DNA of 64,000 nt from Polyangiaceae bacterium (GTDB lineage Bacteria; Myxococcota_A; Polyangia; Polyangiales; Polyangiaceae): the NCBI GenBank assembly GCA_033763455.1, contig JANRKO010000023.1, forward strand, positions 334,689 to 398,688, read 5' to 3'. A program made the translations under genes and the position numbers. Each line of letters opens with the position of its first letter. Positions within the stretch are counted from its first letter, which is position 1. Below are positions 47,700 through 56,018 of this stretch, one piece after another. The notes beneath the pieces are model-generated. The model was not told where the DNA came from, made no database searches, and was given only the letters and a program-made list of their open reading frames with translations.

Positions 47700-47789
47700 A
47701 GGCCTGCCCGGCCGGGGTAACGCCCGCCCCAGGGCCAGGATCGGGACATTTTAGCCTTTTTCGAGAGCGTTCCCCGCGGCGCGACTTAG

Positions 47790-48191
47790 GTGTTATCGTG
47801 GAGTGCTTTGACTGAGTCACCCACCAAACGCCCGGTGCGCGACGAAACGACCAACATGTTTGGTGTGCGCATCCGGGATCCGCTCGACAGAGCGACCAAG
47901 CCGAGCTGGTTGGAGCAACGGCAGGGCCCAGGTGCTCCGGCGCAGTATTTCTTGGAAAAGCCAGAGCTGGTGGTTGGGCGTTCGAGCGAAGCCCAACTCA
48001 CGATTGAAAGCGCGCTGATTTCACGGCGGCACCTGCTCATCCAGAAAAATGGACCAGAAGTCACGTGCACGGATCTGGATAGTTCCAATGGCGTGTACTT
48101 AAACGGCGTAAAGATCCACTCTGCCCTTCTGCACGAAGGGGACACCTTGCAAATTGGGGATGTTGTCTTTCTGTTTCATGAGGGCAAGTAA
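47790..48191 (+). CDS. FHA-domain protein
   Basis: VGR, ISRRH, DLDSSNGVYLNG, L..GD..QIG. Confidence 0.85.
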   Translation: MLSWSALTESPTKRPVRDETTNMFGVRIRDPLDRATKPSWLEQRQGPGAPAQYFLEKPELVVGRSSEAQLTIESALISRRHLLIQKNGPEVTCTDLDSSNGVYLNGVKIHSALLHEGDTLQIGDVVFLFHEGK

Positions 48192-49069
48192 TGTCACTCT
48201 TTGTGCGTTTCTGGGGCACCCGCGGCTCGATCCCTACGCCGGGCTTCAAAACCAAACGCTACGGGGGCAACACCTCCTGCGTTGAAATCCGCAACGACAC
48301 TTCGGTGTTTATCTGTGATGGCGGAACTGGGATCCGCGAACTTGGGCTTGATCTATTGCGACGCACCACCCCTCCCCCATTGCACCTATTTTTCAGCCAC
48401 ATGCACTGGGATCATATTCAGGGGTTTCCGTTCTTCGTGCCTGCCTATGGGGAACAGAATGTACTGTCGGTGTATGAAATCGCGCCCGGACAAACGCGTA
48501 TTCGTGAGCTTCTAACAGGACAGATGCGCTCCGAGTACTTTCCAGTCACGTTCTCGGACCTAGGCGCCAGGATCCAGTCCGGCTTTCTCGAACATGCGGG
48601 GAAGCTGATCGATGGAGTCAGCGTGCGCTGCATGGCCCAACACCATCCGGGAACATCCTACGCATACAGTTTCGAGGCGGAAGGAAAGAAAGTCGTGTAT
48701 TCGACAGACAACGAGCTCGACCTGTTGCTTGCCGACCCGGTGCTGGCTCTCGACCAACTCGAACCCTTGCGCTTGCTACCGATCGATTTTGTTAACTTCG
48801 TGCGTGGTGCAGATCTGCTCATCGCCGACGGCCAATATACGGACGATGAATATCCGAAGCGCATTGGTTGGGGCCACGCGCGCACGAACACCGTTGTCGA
48901 TCTCGCCGTGCAGGCTGAGGTGAAGCAGTGCGCAATATTTCACCACGACCCGATGCAGACGGACGACGACGTGGATAGAAAACTGGATCGCGCTCAAGAG
49001 CGCGCTCGGCGCCACGGCAGCAACGTATTGCTCTTCGGTGCCCGAGAAGGCATGGAGCTTCGGATTTAA
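48191..49069 (+). CDS. MBL-fold metallohydrolase
   Basis: FWGTRGSIP, YGGNTSC, DGGTG, SHMHWDHIQG, HPG, TDNE, GWGH, FHHDP. Confidence 0.9.
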   Translation: MSLFVRFWGTRGSIPTPGFKTKRYGGNTSCVEIRNDTSVFICDGGTGIRELGLDLLRRTTPPPLHLFFSHMHWDHIQGFPFFVPAYGEQNVLSVYEIAPGQTRIRELLTGQMRSEYFPVTFSDLGARIQSGFLEHAGKLIDGVSVRCMAQHHPGTSYAYSFEAEGKKVVYSTDNELDLLLADPVLALDQLEPLRLLPIDFVNFVRGADLLIADGQYTDDEYPKRIGWGHARTNTVVDLAVQAEVKQCAIFHHDPMQTDDDVDRKLDRAQERARRHGSNVLLFGAREGMELRI

Positions 49070-49088
49070 GAAACTCGCGAAGCTTTGA

Positions 49089-49595
49089 CTACTTGAGGCC
49101 AAGCAACTCACTCACACGTTGGATAGCCGCGGCATCCTGCCCCCCCGATGCCACTACATCCGGTGAGCTTGGAGGCTCGTATTCCAAGTCAGCTCCCGGC
49201 ATTGCCCTCACCTTGCCTGCTCGCACTCCGCCATAAAGGCCTTTCGCATCGCGTTCTTGCGCGACAGCCTGCGGCACATCAATGTGCACTTCAACGTAAC
49301 GCTTAGCCAAAGCACGGCCAACCTCACGATACCGGGCCGCGTGTGCCGTTGCCGGCACGAGAACGAGCAGGCCCTGTCCTTCCAGATACGCCGCAAGATT
49401 GGCGAGCGTCCGGTAGAAGTTCTCTCGCTCAACAGCTTCATAGCCAAAGGTGGGCACCACACAGCCTCGAATCCTGTCCCCATCGAGAATGGCCACGCTG
49501 CGCCCCTCGCCGCGCAGTTTACCCGCTAAAAGCTCCGCAAACGTGCTTTTCCCGGAAGACGGCATCCCCGTTATCCAAACCACGGCACCACTCAT
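49089..49595 (-). CDS. cysC: Adenylyl-sulfate kinase-like protein
   Basis: VWITGMPSSGKST, LDGD.IR, R, RDAKGLY, PG....YE.P. Confidence 0.75.
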   Translation of the reverse strand: MSGAVVWITGMPSSGKSTFAELLAGKLRGEGRSVAILDGDRIRGCVVPTFGYEAVERENFYRTLANLAAYLEGQGLLVLVPATAHAARYREVGRALAKRYVEVHIDVPQAVAQERDAKGLYGGVRAGKVRAMPGADLEYEPPSSPDVVASGGQDAAAIQRVSELLGLK

Positions 49596-49651
49596 AACTC
49601 TGGGCTCAGTTTGGGGGTACGGCGAGGAACGCGCAAGCCATACCGCGGTCT

Positions 49652-50755
49652 CTAGGAAAACAGCTGGTCCGCTTGGGAGACGTCGAACGAATGGCCTAAA
49701 AGGGTGTTCCTGATAAACCAAAGCACGCGCTCACGCGCCACCGCCGGTAGCCCTGGATACCACTTAGGATTGGTGACCACGAGGCCGCGCCAAGCTAAGA
49801 ACAGCGGCAAAACAGCGAGCACCTCCTGATCGCCGGTAGCGTTGAGGTAAGTCTGAAAGAAGTGATGCCACAATGGCCTAAACACCTTCGGCCATCGCGT
49901 GGGGTGCTCAAGCGCGAAGAAGATGTAGTTTACGCTCAACGCCGCCAAATCATCTGCGGCATCCCCCACAGAACCACGGCTCGCGTCCAGGAGCACGAGC
50001 GAGCCATCGGAGCGGAACACAATGTTGAAAGGGTGAAAGTCACCATGAATCCGAGCCAGACGCTCATGCTTCATTTTCAAGCGCGCGCGCCACCCCAGAC
50101 ACAAGCCTTCGATCTCAAAAAGCAACTCGCTGGGCGCCCCGGGAATATTCTCGGAGAAGCCATCTAACATCCCGAAAATCCCTTCGCCGGAGCCAACGGT
50201 GTCACGGATGGAGCGCACGTAGCGGTCGGGATCTGAAAGCTTTTGTTGGTGCAGATTCGCAAGGTAACGCGCCAGCGTTTCTGCCTGCGATTGGGCTTCG
50301 CTACCCACCTCTGTTTGCGTAGTGAGAGTGCGCAATTCGTCCGCGTAGAGCCGACCCGCTTCGTACTCCGTGACGAGATAGAACTCTCCGTGCTCGGCGA
50401 GCGACGTGAGCTCGGAGCCGTCTTTTCGAATAGCGCCCACATCCATAGCACGGACGTGAGCAGGGATTAGCGAGAACGTATCGAACGCCAGGAGCATCTG
50501 GCCTGCGCGATCGGCCCGCCTATCGTGCCCAAAAGCGTCCGATTTCACCGTATGGAACACGAATTCTTTCGTTTCACCCGTCGGCAGCTCCGCCCGTAAC
50601 CGAAGGGGCCGGCCGTAACCGGTAGTTTTCTGTGTCGCTATCCCAGCAATCTCGGCATCATCGATGCCAAAAGCGCGCACATCCAAGAGCCTTGCGCCTG
50701 GGCATATCCGTTCGATTAACTTGTGAAGAACCGGATCGAAGCCAAGGCGTGACAT
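49652..50755 (-). CDS. APH/choline-kinase-family phosphotransferase
   Basis: K..GYG.P, FGHD..ADR, HGDFHPFNI, LLDASRG..GD..DD. Confidence 0.75.
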   Translation of the reverse strand: MSRLGFDPVLHKLIERICPGARLLDVRAFGIDDAEIAGIATQKTTGYGRPLRLRAELPTGETKEFVFHTVKSDAFGHDRRADRAGQMLLAFDTFSLIPAHVRAMDVGAIRKDGSELTSLAEHGEFYLVTEYEAGRLYADELRTLTTQTEVGSEAQSQAETLARYLANLHQQKLSDPDRYVRSIRDTVGSGEGIFGMLDGFSENIPGAPSELLFEIEGLCLGWRARLKMKHERLARIHGDFHPFNIVFRSDGSLVLLDASRGSVGDAADDLAALSVNYIFFALEHPTRWPKVFRPLWHHFFQTYLNATGDQEVLAVLPLFLAWRGLVVTNPKWYPGLPAVARERVLWFIRNTLLGHSFDVSQADQLFS

Positions 50756-50778
50756 ACAGCCCAATTGAGGGTCAAGCC

Positions 50779-51423
50779 CTAATTCACGGGCTTAATGCTA
50801 TCGAGCAAAGCGAGCAGCGCTCCCCGCGACGCCTGCACCGTCTCGGAGGGTCCGATCATCTTGAAGAAGTAAGAGCCCGAGGGTGCTTCTACAATCGCCG
50901 CCACCATGCCGTAATTTTCCTTGGATCCGGTGTCCCCCGGCATGCCCGAGCCATAAGAACCCTTCACCACCTCTACGATGTGCTGACGCATACCGTTGGC
51001 TTCGCGATCGTTGCGCTTGGTGTCCCCATCCTTAACGTTAGAAAATTGACCAATCCAGCGCTGTGCATTGGCTTCCACCGAGCCACCTTGCCCGGGCCCG
51101 AAATAGAAGACAGCGACTTCCGCATCTTCCTTGTCTCCCTTCACGCGGGGGATCCCGTAGGTGGCTTTACGCACCGAGCTCTTCGGCTTCTCGCTGCGCC
51201 AGCCTTCAGGTACCTGCCACGAGATCTGCAGGCCTTCGCTGCCCTGCCCAGTAGCCGCGGGTACCGCAGCAGCCGGTTCAACTTTCTTTGGGGGATCCAG
51301 CTCTAGCTTCTGGGGCGGTGCATCCGCTGCCGGCTCAGCCGCAACCGGCTCTTCCTTCTTCTTACAGGCACCAACACACAGGAGAACCACAAGCAATAAC
51401 CCAAGGATTCGGCAGCGCTTCAT
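50779..51423 (-). CDS. Lipoprotein of unknown function
   Basis: VGAC lipobox, W.VP.GW, F.FG..GGSV.AN..RW..QF, FFKM.GP. Confidence 0.7.
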   Translation of the reverse strand: MKRCRILGLLLVVLLCVGACKKKEEPVAAEPAADAPPQKLELDPPKKVEPAAAVPAATGQGSEGLQISWQVPEGWRSEKPKSSVRKATYGIPRVKGDKEDAEVAVFYFGPGQGGSVEANAQRWIGQFSNVKDGDTKRNDREANGMRQHIVEVVKGSYGSGMPGDTGSKENYGMVAAIVEAPSGSYFFKMIGPSETVQASRGALLALLDSIKPVN

Positions 51424-51571
51424 GCGGCTGGATGCTAGAAGAAGGATGCGCAGAGGGGAAGAGGAGTCGCTCACAACACTTTAAGCGAGCTGTGGCCGCT
51501 CGGAACCTCTCGGCGATTGGCGCTCGTGGGCGCCCTTGACAGCCAAGCAACAACGCGAATAAGCAGCCCAC

Positions 51572-52126
51572 ATGAACGATATTAACCAACAGCTCCGTGC
51601 GCGCATCGAGAGCTTCGTCGGCGAAATAGCCGAGCTGGTACGTCAAGCCACCCTTGAATCCGTGTACGCGACTCTGGGAGCCGTGGAAACGCGGGCCCGC
51701 ACTAGCAATCGCGGTGCCGGGCGCGGGCGCGCAGCGGCCACCTTCCCCGTAGCAGCAGCTGGTCGACGCGGGGGCAAGCGCTCTGCCGATGAGCTAGTCG
51801 CGATGAGCGGAGAAATCCTGAATCACGTGCGTCAGAATCCAGGCCAAGGCGTCGAGCAAATCTCCGCCGCACTAGGTATCAGCTCGAAGGAGCTCACGCT
51901 TCCGATCCGAAAGCTGGTTGGGCAGGGGGAGCTGAAGACCGAAGGACAGAAGCGAGCCACGAAGTACTTCACCGGCGGCGCTCGCGGCGGCAGTAGAGCA
52001 GGTGCGGCACCAGCCCGAGCCTCCCGTGCCCCCGCACCCGAGCCAGCCACCAAGGCGCCGGTGCGTCGAGGTGCAAAAGCGAAACCTGCCCCGGCGAAAA
52101 AGAAGAAGAAGTCGCGCGGTCGCTAA
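51572..52126 (+). CDS. Basic DNA-binding (nucleoid-associated-like) protein
   Basis: N-terminal helix, winged-helix-like core (NPG..VEQI...L......LPI.KL...G.L...G.KRATKYF), K/R/A/P-rich tail. Confidence 0.7.
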   Translation: MNDINQQLRARIESFVGEIAELVRQATLESVYATLGAVETRARTSNRGAGRGRAAATFPVAAAGRRGGKRSADELVAMSGEILNHVRQNPGQGVEQISAALGISSKELTLPIRKLVGQGELKTEGQKRATKYFTGGARGGSRAGAAPARASRAPAPEPATKAPVRRGAKAKPAPAKKKKKSRGR

Positions 52127-52183
52127 AGCGGAAACGCAGAGCCCACCGGGCAAACCAGCGGGCCTCCACCTGGCGGCGGAAGA

Positions 52184-53998
52184 GTGTCTTCGGCTGAGAA
52201 GCGCCCCGACGCCGATTACCGCGATCGCGCGAAGACCCTCGTGGTAGCCTCACCCGCAGTGAATTTCGGTTTCTTGCGACCCTGGGTCGTGACAATAGCC
52301 TGCGCGATCGGCACGCTCGGCGCCACGAGCAGCGGGCTTGCCCTTGAGTCGCAGCAGCCCACGCCGGTCGCGCCGGATGAAACCGAAAGGGCAAATGAGA
52401 GTGCTCCAGAAGCTGGTGCAAACACACCGAGCGCTCCTCAACTGCCTGCGGATAAGCCCGAGATGGCTCCCGACCAAGAAGCCACCGACCCCGGCACTAC
52501 TCAACCTCAGCTTCCACCTCCCGTGCTTGGAGCTGAGGGAGAGCCATCGGCGGACACAACGGGGCCGCCCACCGAACACGCAACGGCCCCGCTGATCCAT
52601 TCGCCACCTGCAGCGCTGAACCTCAGGTACACAATTCAAGCCATCAAGGTTCGAGGCAACACGCGTACGAGCGAGCGCGTTATCCTGCGTTACTTTCCAT
52701 TTCACCAGGGAGATGCGCTGGATGTCGATGACCCTGCCGTAGAGCTTGCGAGATTTCGACTACTCACCACTGGTTTCTTTCGCGATGTTCAGTTCTCCCT
52801 TCAAAAAGGCTCCACGCGCGGACAAGTTATCTTCATCATAGACGTTACTGAGCGTAACACCATTATTCTCAATGACGTACGCATGGGTCTCTCGGCAGAT
52901 GCCGATACTCAGGGAAACTCGCGGCCTCTCACAGCCTACGCCGGAATAGACATTACGGAGCTCAATCTCGGCGGCAGTGGAATTTCCCTCGGTTCAGCAG
53001 TCGCCTTGGGGCAGGATCAACTGGCGCTCCAACTGCGCTTCGTCGACCCTGCGCTCGGCGGCTCGCCCTGGATGACCTCAAGTTCACTTCAGGTTACCAA
53101 AGGACGTGATTTTTTCGGGAATGCCCAGGTTCTCTATTCGGATCCGGATGCCGTGGATCAACGCGCGGACCACGCGGTCCTCCGCTACGGTCGCTTCTCG
53201 GGCACGCTTGGTGCCGGTCGAGATTTGAGCCCCATCTCCCAACTTTGGCTCAACTATAGGTTAGAACGTGTGGATGCGAGCTTTCCGTTGGAAGCCTCAC
53301 ACCTGCGCGGCACCCGCCGCGAACCGATTGATTTTTCTATTATCCGGGGACAAAGCCTCCTTTCTTCGCTCCGAGCCAGCTTCCATGTTGACACGCGAGA
53401 TCAACCTGTACTGCCCACCCAAGGCTGGCTCGCCACCTTCTCCGCGGAAACCGCACTTCCGCAACTCGGAAGCGACTACGATTTCCAACGGCTAGAGGCT
53501 CGAGCTGCTCACTATTGGCGCTTACCCTGGAGGCATCATGTCCTGAAGCTGGAAGGCTTCGGCGGTGCCATCTCGGGCTCCGCGCCCTTTTTTGAACAGT
53601 ATTTCGTGGGCGATCTGAGCGATTTTCTGCCGTCACGGCTGCTAGGCATGAATTTCGACAGGCGCCCAGCTCCGAACTTCCTGGGAACCGACATTGTAGA
53701 GGTCCGCTACGGCGAGTTCGCGGCAAAGCTCGATGCCGAATATCGAATACCTCTCTACCAAGGGACAAGATCCGTCTTCGGGATAGACTTCTTTGGCGCG
53801 GGCGGCATTTATAGTTTAGCGAGCCGCCAGGACCTAAACAGCCCCCCGGAAGGCTATTCGGGGCTCGCACGCGTGCCGGTGGATTTAACGCTCAATCTCG
53901 GCTTTCGCATGGATACCAGCATTGGCGGTTTCGCCTTTGCTTTCTCTAACATTTTGGGCTTCATCCCTGTGCGCGGTAGGGGCCCGGCAGGTGAGTAG
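52184..53998 (+). CDS. BamA/TamA-family outer-membrane protein (one POTRA)
   Basis: I.V.GN.RT...VI, L..TGFF.DV, V.ER, E.NL.G.G, DTRD..LP.QG, EYR.PL. Confidence 0.8.
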   Translation: MSSAEKRPDADYRDRAKTLVVASPAVNFGFLRPWVVTIACAIGTLGATSSGLALESQQPTPVAPDETERANESAPEAGANTPSAPQLPADKPEMAPDQEATDPGTTQPQLPPPVLGAEGEPSADTTGPPTEHATAPLIHSPPAALNLRYTIQAIKVRGNTRTSERVILRYFPFHQGDALDVDDPAVELARFRLLTTGFFRDVQFSLQKGSTRGQVIFIIDVTERNTIILNDVRMGLSADADTQGNSRPLTAYAGIDITELNLGGSGISLGSAVALGQDQLALQLRFVDPALGGSPWMTSSSLQVTKGRDFFGNAQVLYSDPDAVDQRADHAVLRYGRFSGTLGAGRDLSPISQLWLNYRLERVDASFPLEASHLRGTRREPIDFSIIRGQSLLSSLRASFHVDTRDQPVLPTQGWLATFSAETALPQLGSDYDFQRLEARAAHYWRLPWRHHVLKLEGFGGAISGSAPFFEQYFVGDLSDFLPSRLLGMNFDRRPAPNFLGTDIVEVRYGEFAAKLDAEYRIPLYQGTRSVFGIDFFGAGGIYSLASRQDLNSPPEGYSGLARVPVDLTLNLGFRMDTSIGGFAFAFSNILGFIPVRGRGPAGE

Positions 53999-54725
53999 GG
54001 TTCGCCATCGCAAGTTACTTTCGGCGACCCTCCACGGCGTGGCACGCCTCCTAGTTTTCTCGCTAATAACTCTTACGCTATTGGGCCGCGCGCTCCCCGC
54101 CCACGCTCAACCGAAGGCGGCGCGACCGGTGACCTTCGAATGGGACGAAACACGTACCAAACTCCGAGCTTCGTTGAGTTACAGAGACCTCATTGACGGC
54201 GCCATCCGGCAAAAGCTGAGTCGGGGCCTCACCACCACCATCGTGCTTACCGCGACCTTGCACCAAGTGGGGAAAGCCGAACCCATAGCCTCCACCGCGC
54301 AAACCTGTAAAATCACGTGGCACGTGTGGGAAGAAGCGTATCGTATTGAAGTTTCCCGGCCTGGGGAAACGATCTCTGGTTGGACAACAACCCTTCAGGG
54401 AGTGCTCCGGCGGTGCGCCGAAGCCCGACGCCTTTTCGCCGCGACCCGCGATCAAATTCCCCAAGGCGTGCCTCTTTTGTTGCGGGGCAAGGTGGTCATC
54501 AATCCAGTGAGCCCGGAGATCTTGCAGAAGATCCGGCGCTGGGTGAGCCGGCCCGCAGCTACCTCCACGGCAGCCCCAGGTGACGCACTTTTTAGCACCT
54601 TTGCTGGGCTTTTTCTGCGGCAAATTGGCGACGCCGAGCGGGAGCTGGACTTCGAGACGCGCCCGGGCTTTCCCCAGGTTGCGCCCCAAGCCACTGCACC
54701 GCAACCTAAGAAGGCATCGCCATGA
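53991..54725 (+). CDS. DUF4390-like exported protein
   Basis: Signal-like N-terminus, KL..GL.T, .W.VWEE.Y, NP motif. Overlaps the BamA-like stop. Confidence 0.6.
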   Translation: MSRVRHRKLLSATLHGVARLLVFSLITLTLLGRALPAHAQPKAARPVTFEWDETRTKLRASLSYRDLIDGAIRQKLSRGLTTTIVLTATLHQVGKAEPIASTAQTCKITWHVWEEAYRIEVSRPGETISGWTTTLQGVLRRCAEARRLFAATRDQIPQGVPLLLRGKVVINPVSPEILQKIRRWVSRPAATSTAAPGDALFSTFAGLFLRQIGDAERELDFETRPGFPQVAPQATAPQPKKASP

Positions 54726-55309
54726 AGAGGTCCCCATCGTTTTTCGCTGCCTTGGATCTTGAGGGAAAGAGCTGCTTGGTTGTGGGTTCCGATGCTGAAG
54801 CAGAGCGTCGCGTGAGCGCACTGCTTGAGTGCGGTGCACACGTGCTTTTGGTGGCAGATACGCCTTCGCAAGGGTTGTTAGCGCTCGAAAAAGCTGGGCG
54901 AATCGAGCTGCGCCAGAGAGGCTTTCTGCCGGAAGACATGAAAGACTGCTGGCTCGCGATTCTTGCCATTCGAGATAAAGCGCTGGCCCTCGAAATGGGA
55001 AAACTCGCCCAGACGGAACGAGTATTTTTTTGCGCGATCGATCTCCCCGCCAACAACTCCTTTGCCCACATGGCACAAGCCCGTGCTGGCTTCGTTACCG
55101 CAGCGATCTCAACCGAAGGGCGAGCCCCCGCGTTAGGCCGCAAGCTGCGAGATGAGCTCCAGGGGTTATTCGACCGCAGCAACCTGGCGAATTTCGCCGA
55201 TAAGATAGCGCGTCTACGAGCCCAAACGGCTCCCGAAACCCGAGCGCGGGTGCTCAGCGTCGCCGTGAGCGGGGTGCGCTTGGAGGGCGCGCTACACGTA
55301 GAGGAGTGA
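54722..55309 (+). CDS. Precorrin-2 dehydrogenase/ferrochelatase (CysG N-terminal-like)
   Basis: LDLEGK.CLVVG, L..GA.V, .D.P...F, AISTEG.APAL...LR. The Gly-rich motif is altered (GSDAEA). Confidence 0.75.
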   Translation: MKRSPSFFAALDLEGKSCLVVGSDAEAERRVSALLECGAHVLLVADTPSQGLLALEKAGRIELRQRGFLPEDMKDCWLAILAIRDKALALEMGKLAQTERVFFCAIDLPANNSFAHMAQARAGFVTAAISTEGRAPALGRKLRDELQGLFDRSNLANFADKIARLRAQTAPETRARVLSVAVSGVRLEGALHVEE

Positions 55310-55322
55310 TTTCAAGCATCCA

Positions 55323-56018
55323 CTACTCGAACAGCGGCGCGTCGGCTGCACCCGGCAAGGGCTGGGGCCCGGGGTACCGAACCAACTGGGCAATCACGTA
55401 ATAGCGGTATTTGTGAACGACCGAAGCCATGTCCACTTTTGGCAACGCTCGGCTCACGCACTCGGTGATTCTGCGCGCGCTCGGGCCTTTCCACTCCCCA
55501 CTCTTTCCAGGAAAAATATGGGTGCGTTGGCTTCGAAAGTCCACGGTGAGCACGTAATTGATACTGCCCGCCTTCGCGCTCTTGGGCACGCAAGCTTCCG
55601 ACTCACCGATGGCCTTGGTGAGCGCCTCCTCAAACACTGGAAGGCGATCGCAGAGGTCTCCTTCGGCGGTGAGCCGATTGGCCGCTGCGCCGCAGCTGAC
55701 CCGCACGATCGGTTCAAGCTTGATCGCACTCTCGGCAAGCCTCGCCACGCGAGGCACCGCCAGAGGCTTAGCAGCGACAGCGACGGCTACTTTGGCTGCA
55801 TCAACCGCCGCGGGGGCGTCGGCATGCGTCGCTAAGCTGGGACGGCGCCAAAGGTAGAGAGGAACGGCCACAAGCATCAGCCCCACCGTAATGGCCACCA
55901 CCAGCTGAGCGCGCATGGGGCGCTCGTTGGTAGAGCTTCCACCAACACCTAAACGACGCAGGCTCGGCTCACTCGGGATGGACCCAAACGTAGGGCGAGG
56001 CGGACCAGCCATGGTCAT
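55323..56018 (-). CDS. Hypothetical membrane-anchored protein
   Basis: One TM segment (LMLVAVPLYLWRRP) and a Cys-containing C-terminal domain. Overlaps the kinase stop. Confidence 0.6.
   Translation of the reverse strand: MTMAGPPRPTFGSIPSEPSLRRLGVGGSSTNERPMRAQLVVAITVGLMLVAVPLYLWRRPSLATHADAPAAVDAAKVAVAVAAKPLAVPRVARLAESAIKLEPIVRVSCGAAANRLTAEGDLCDRLPVFEEALTKAIGESEACVPKSAKAGSINYVLTVDFRSQRTHIFPGKSGEWKGPSARRITECVSRALPKVDMASVVHKYRYYVIAQLVRYPGPQPLPGAADAPLFE

Noticed and set aside
54078..55076. 332-aa minus-strand ORF
   Set aside because: Overlaps two well-supported plus-strand genes and has no motifs.
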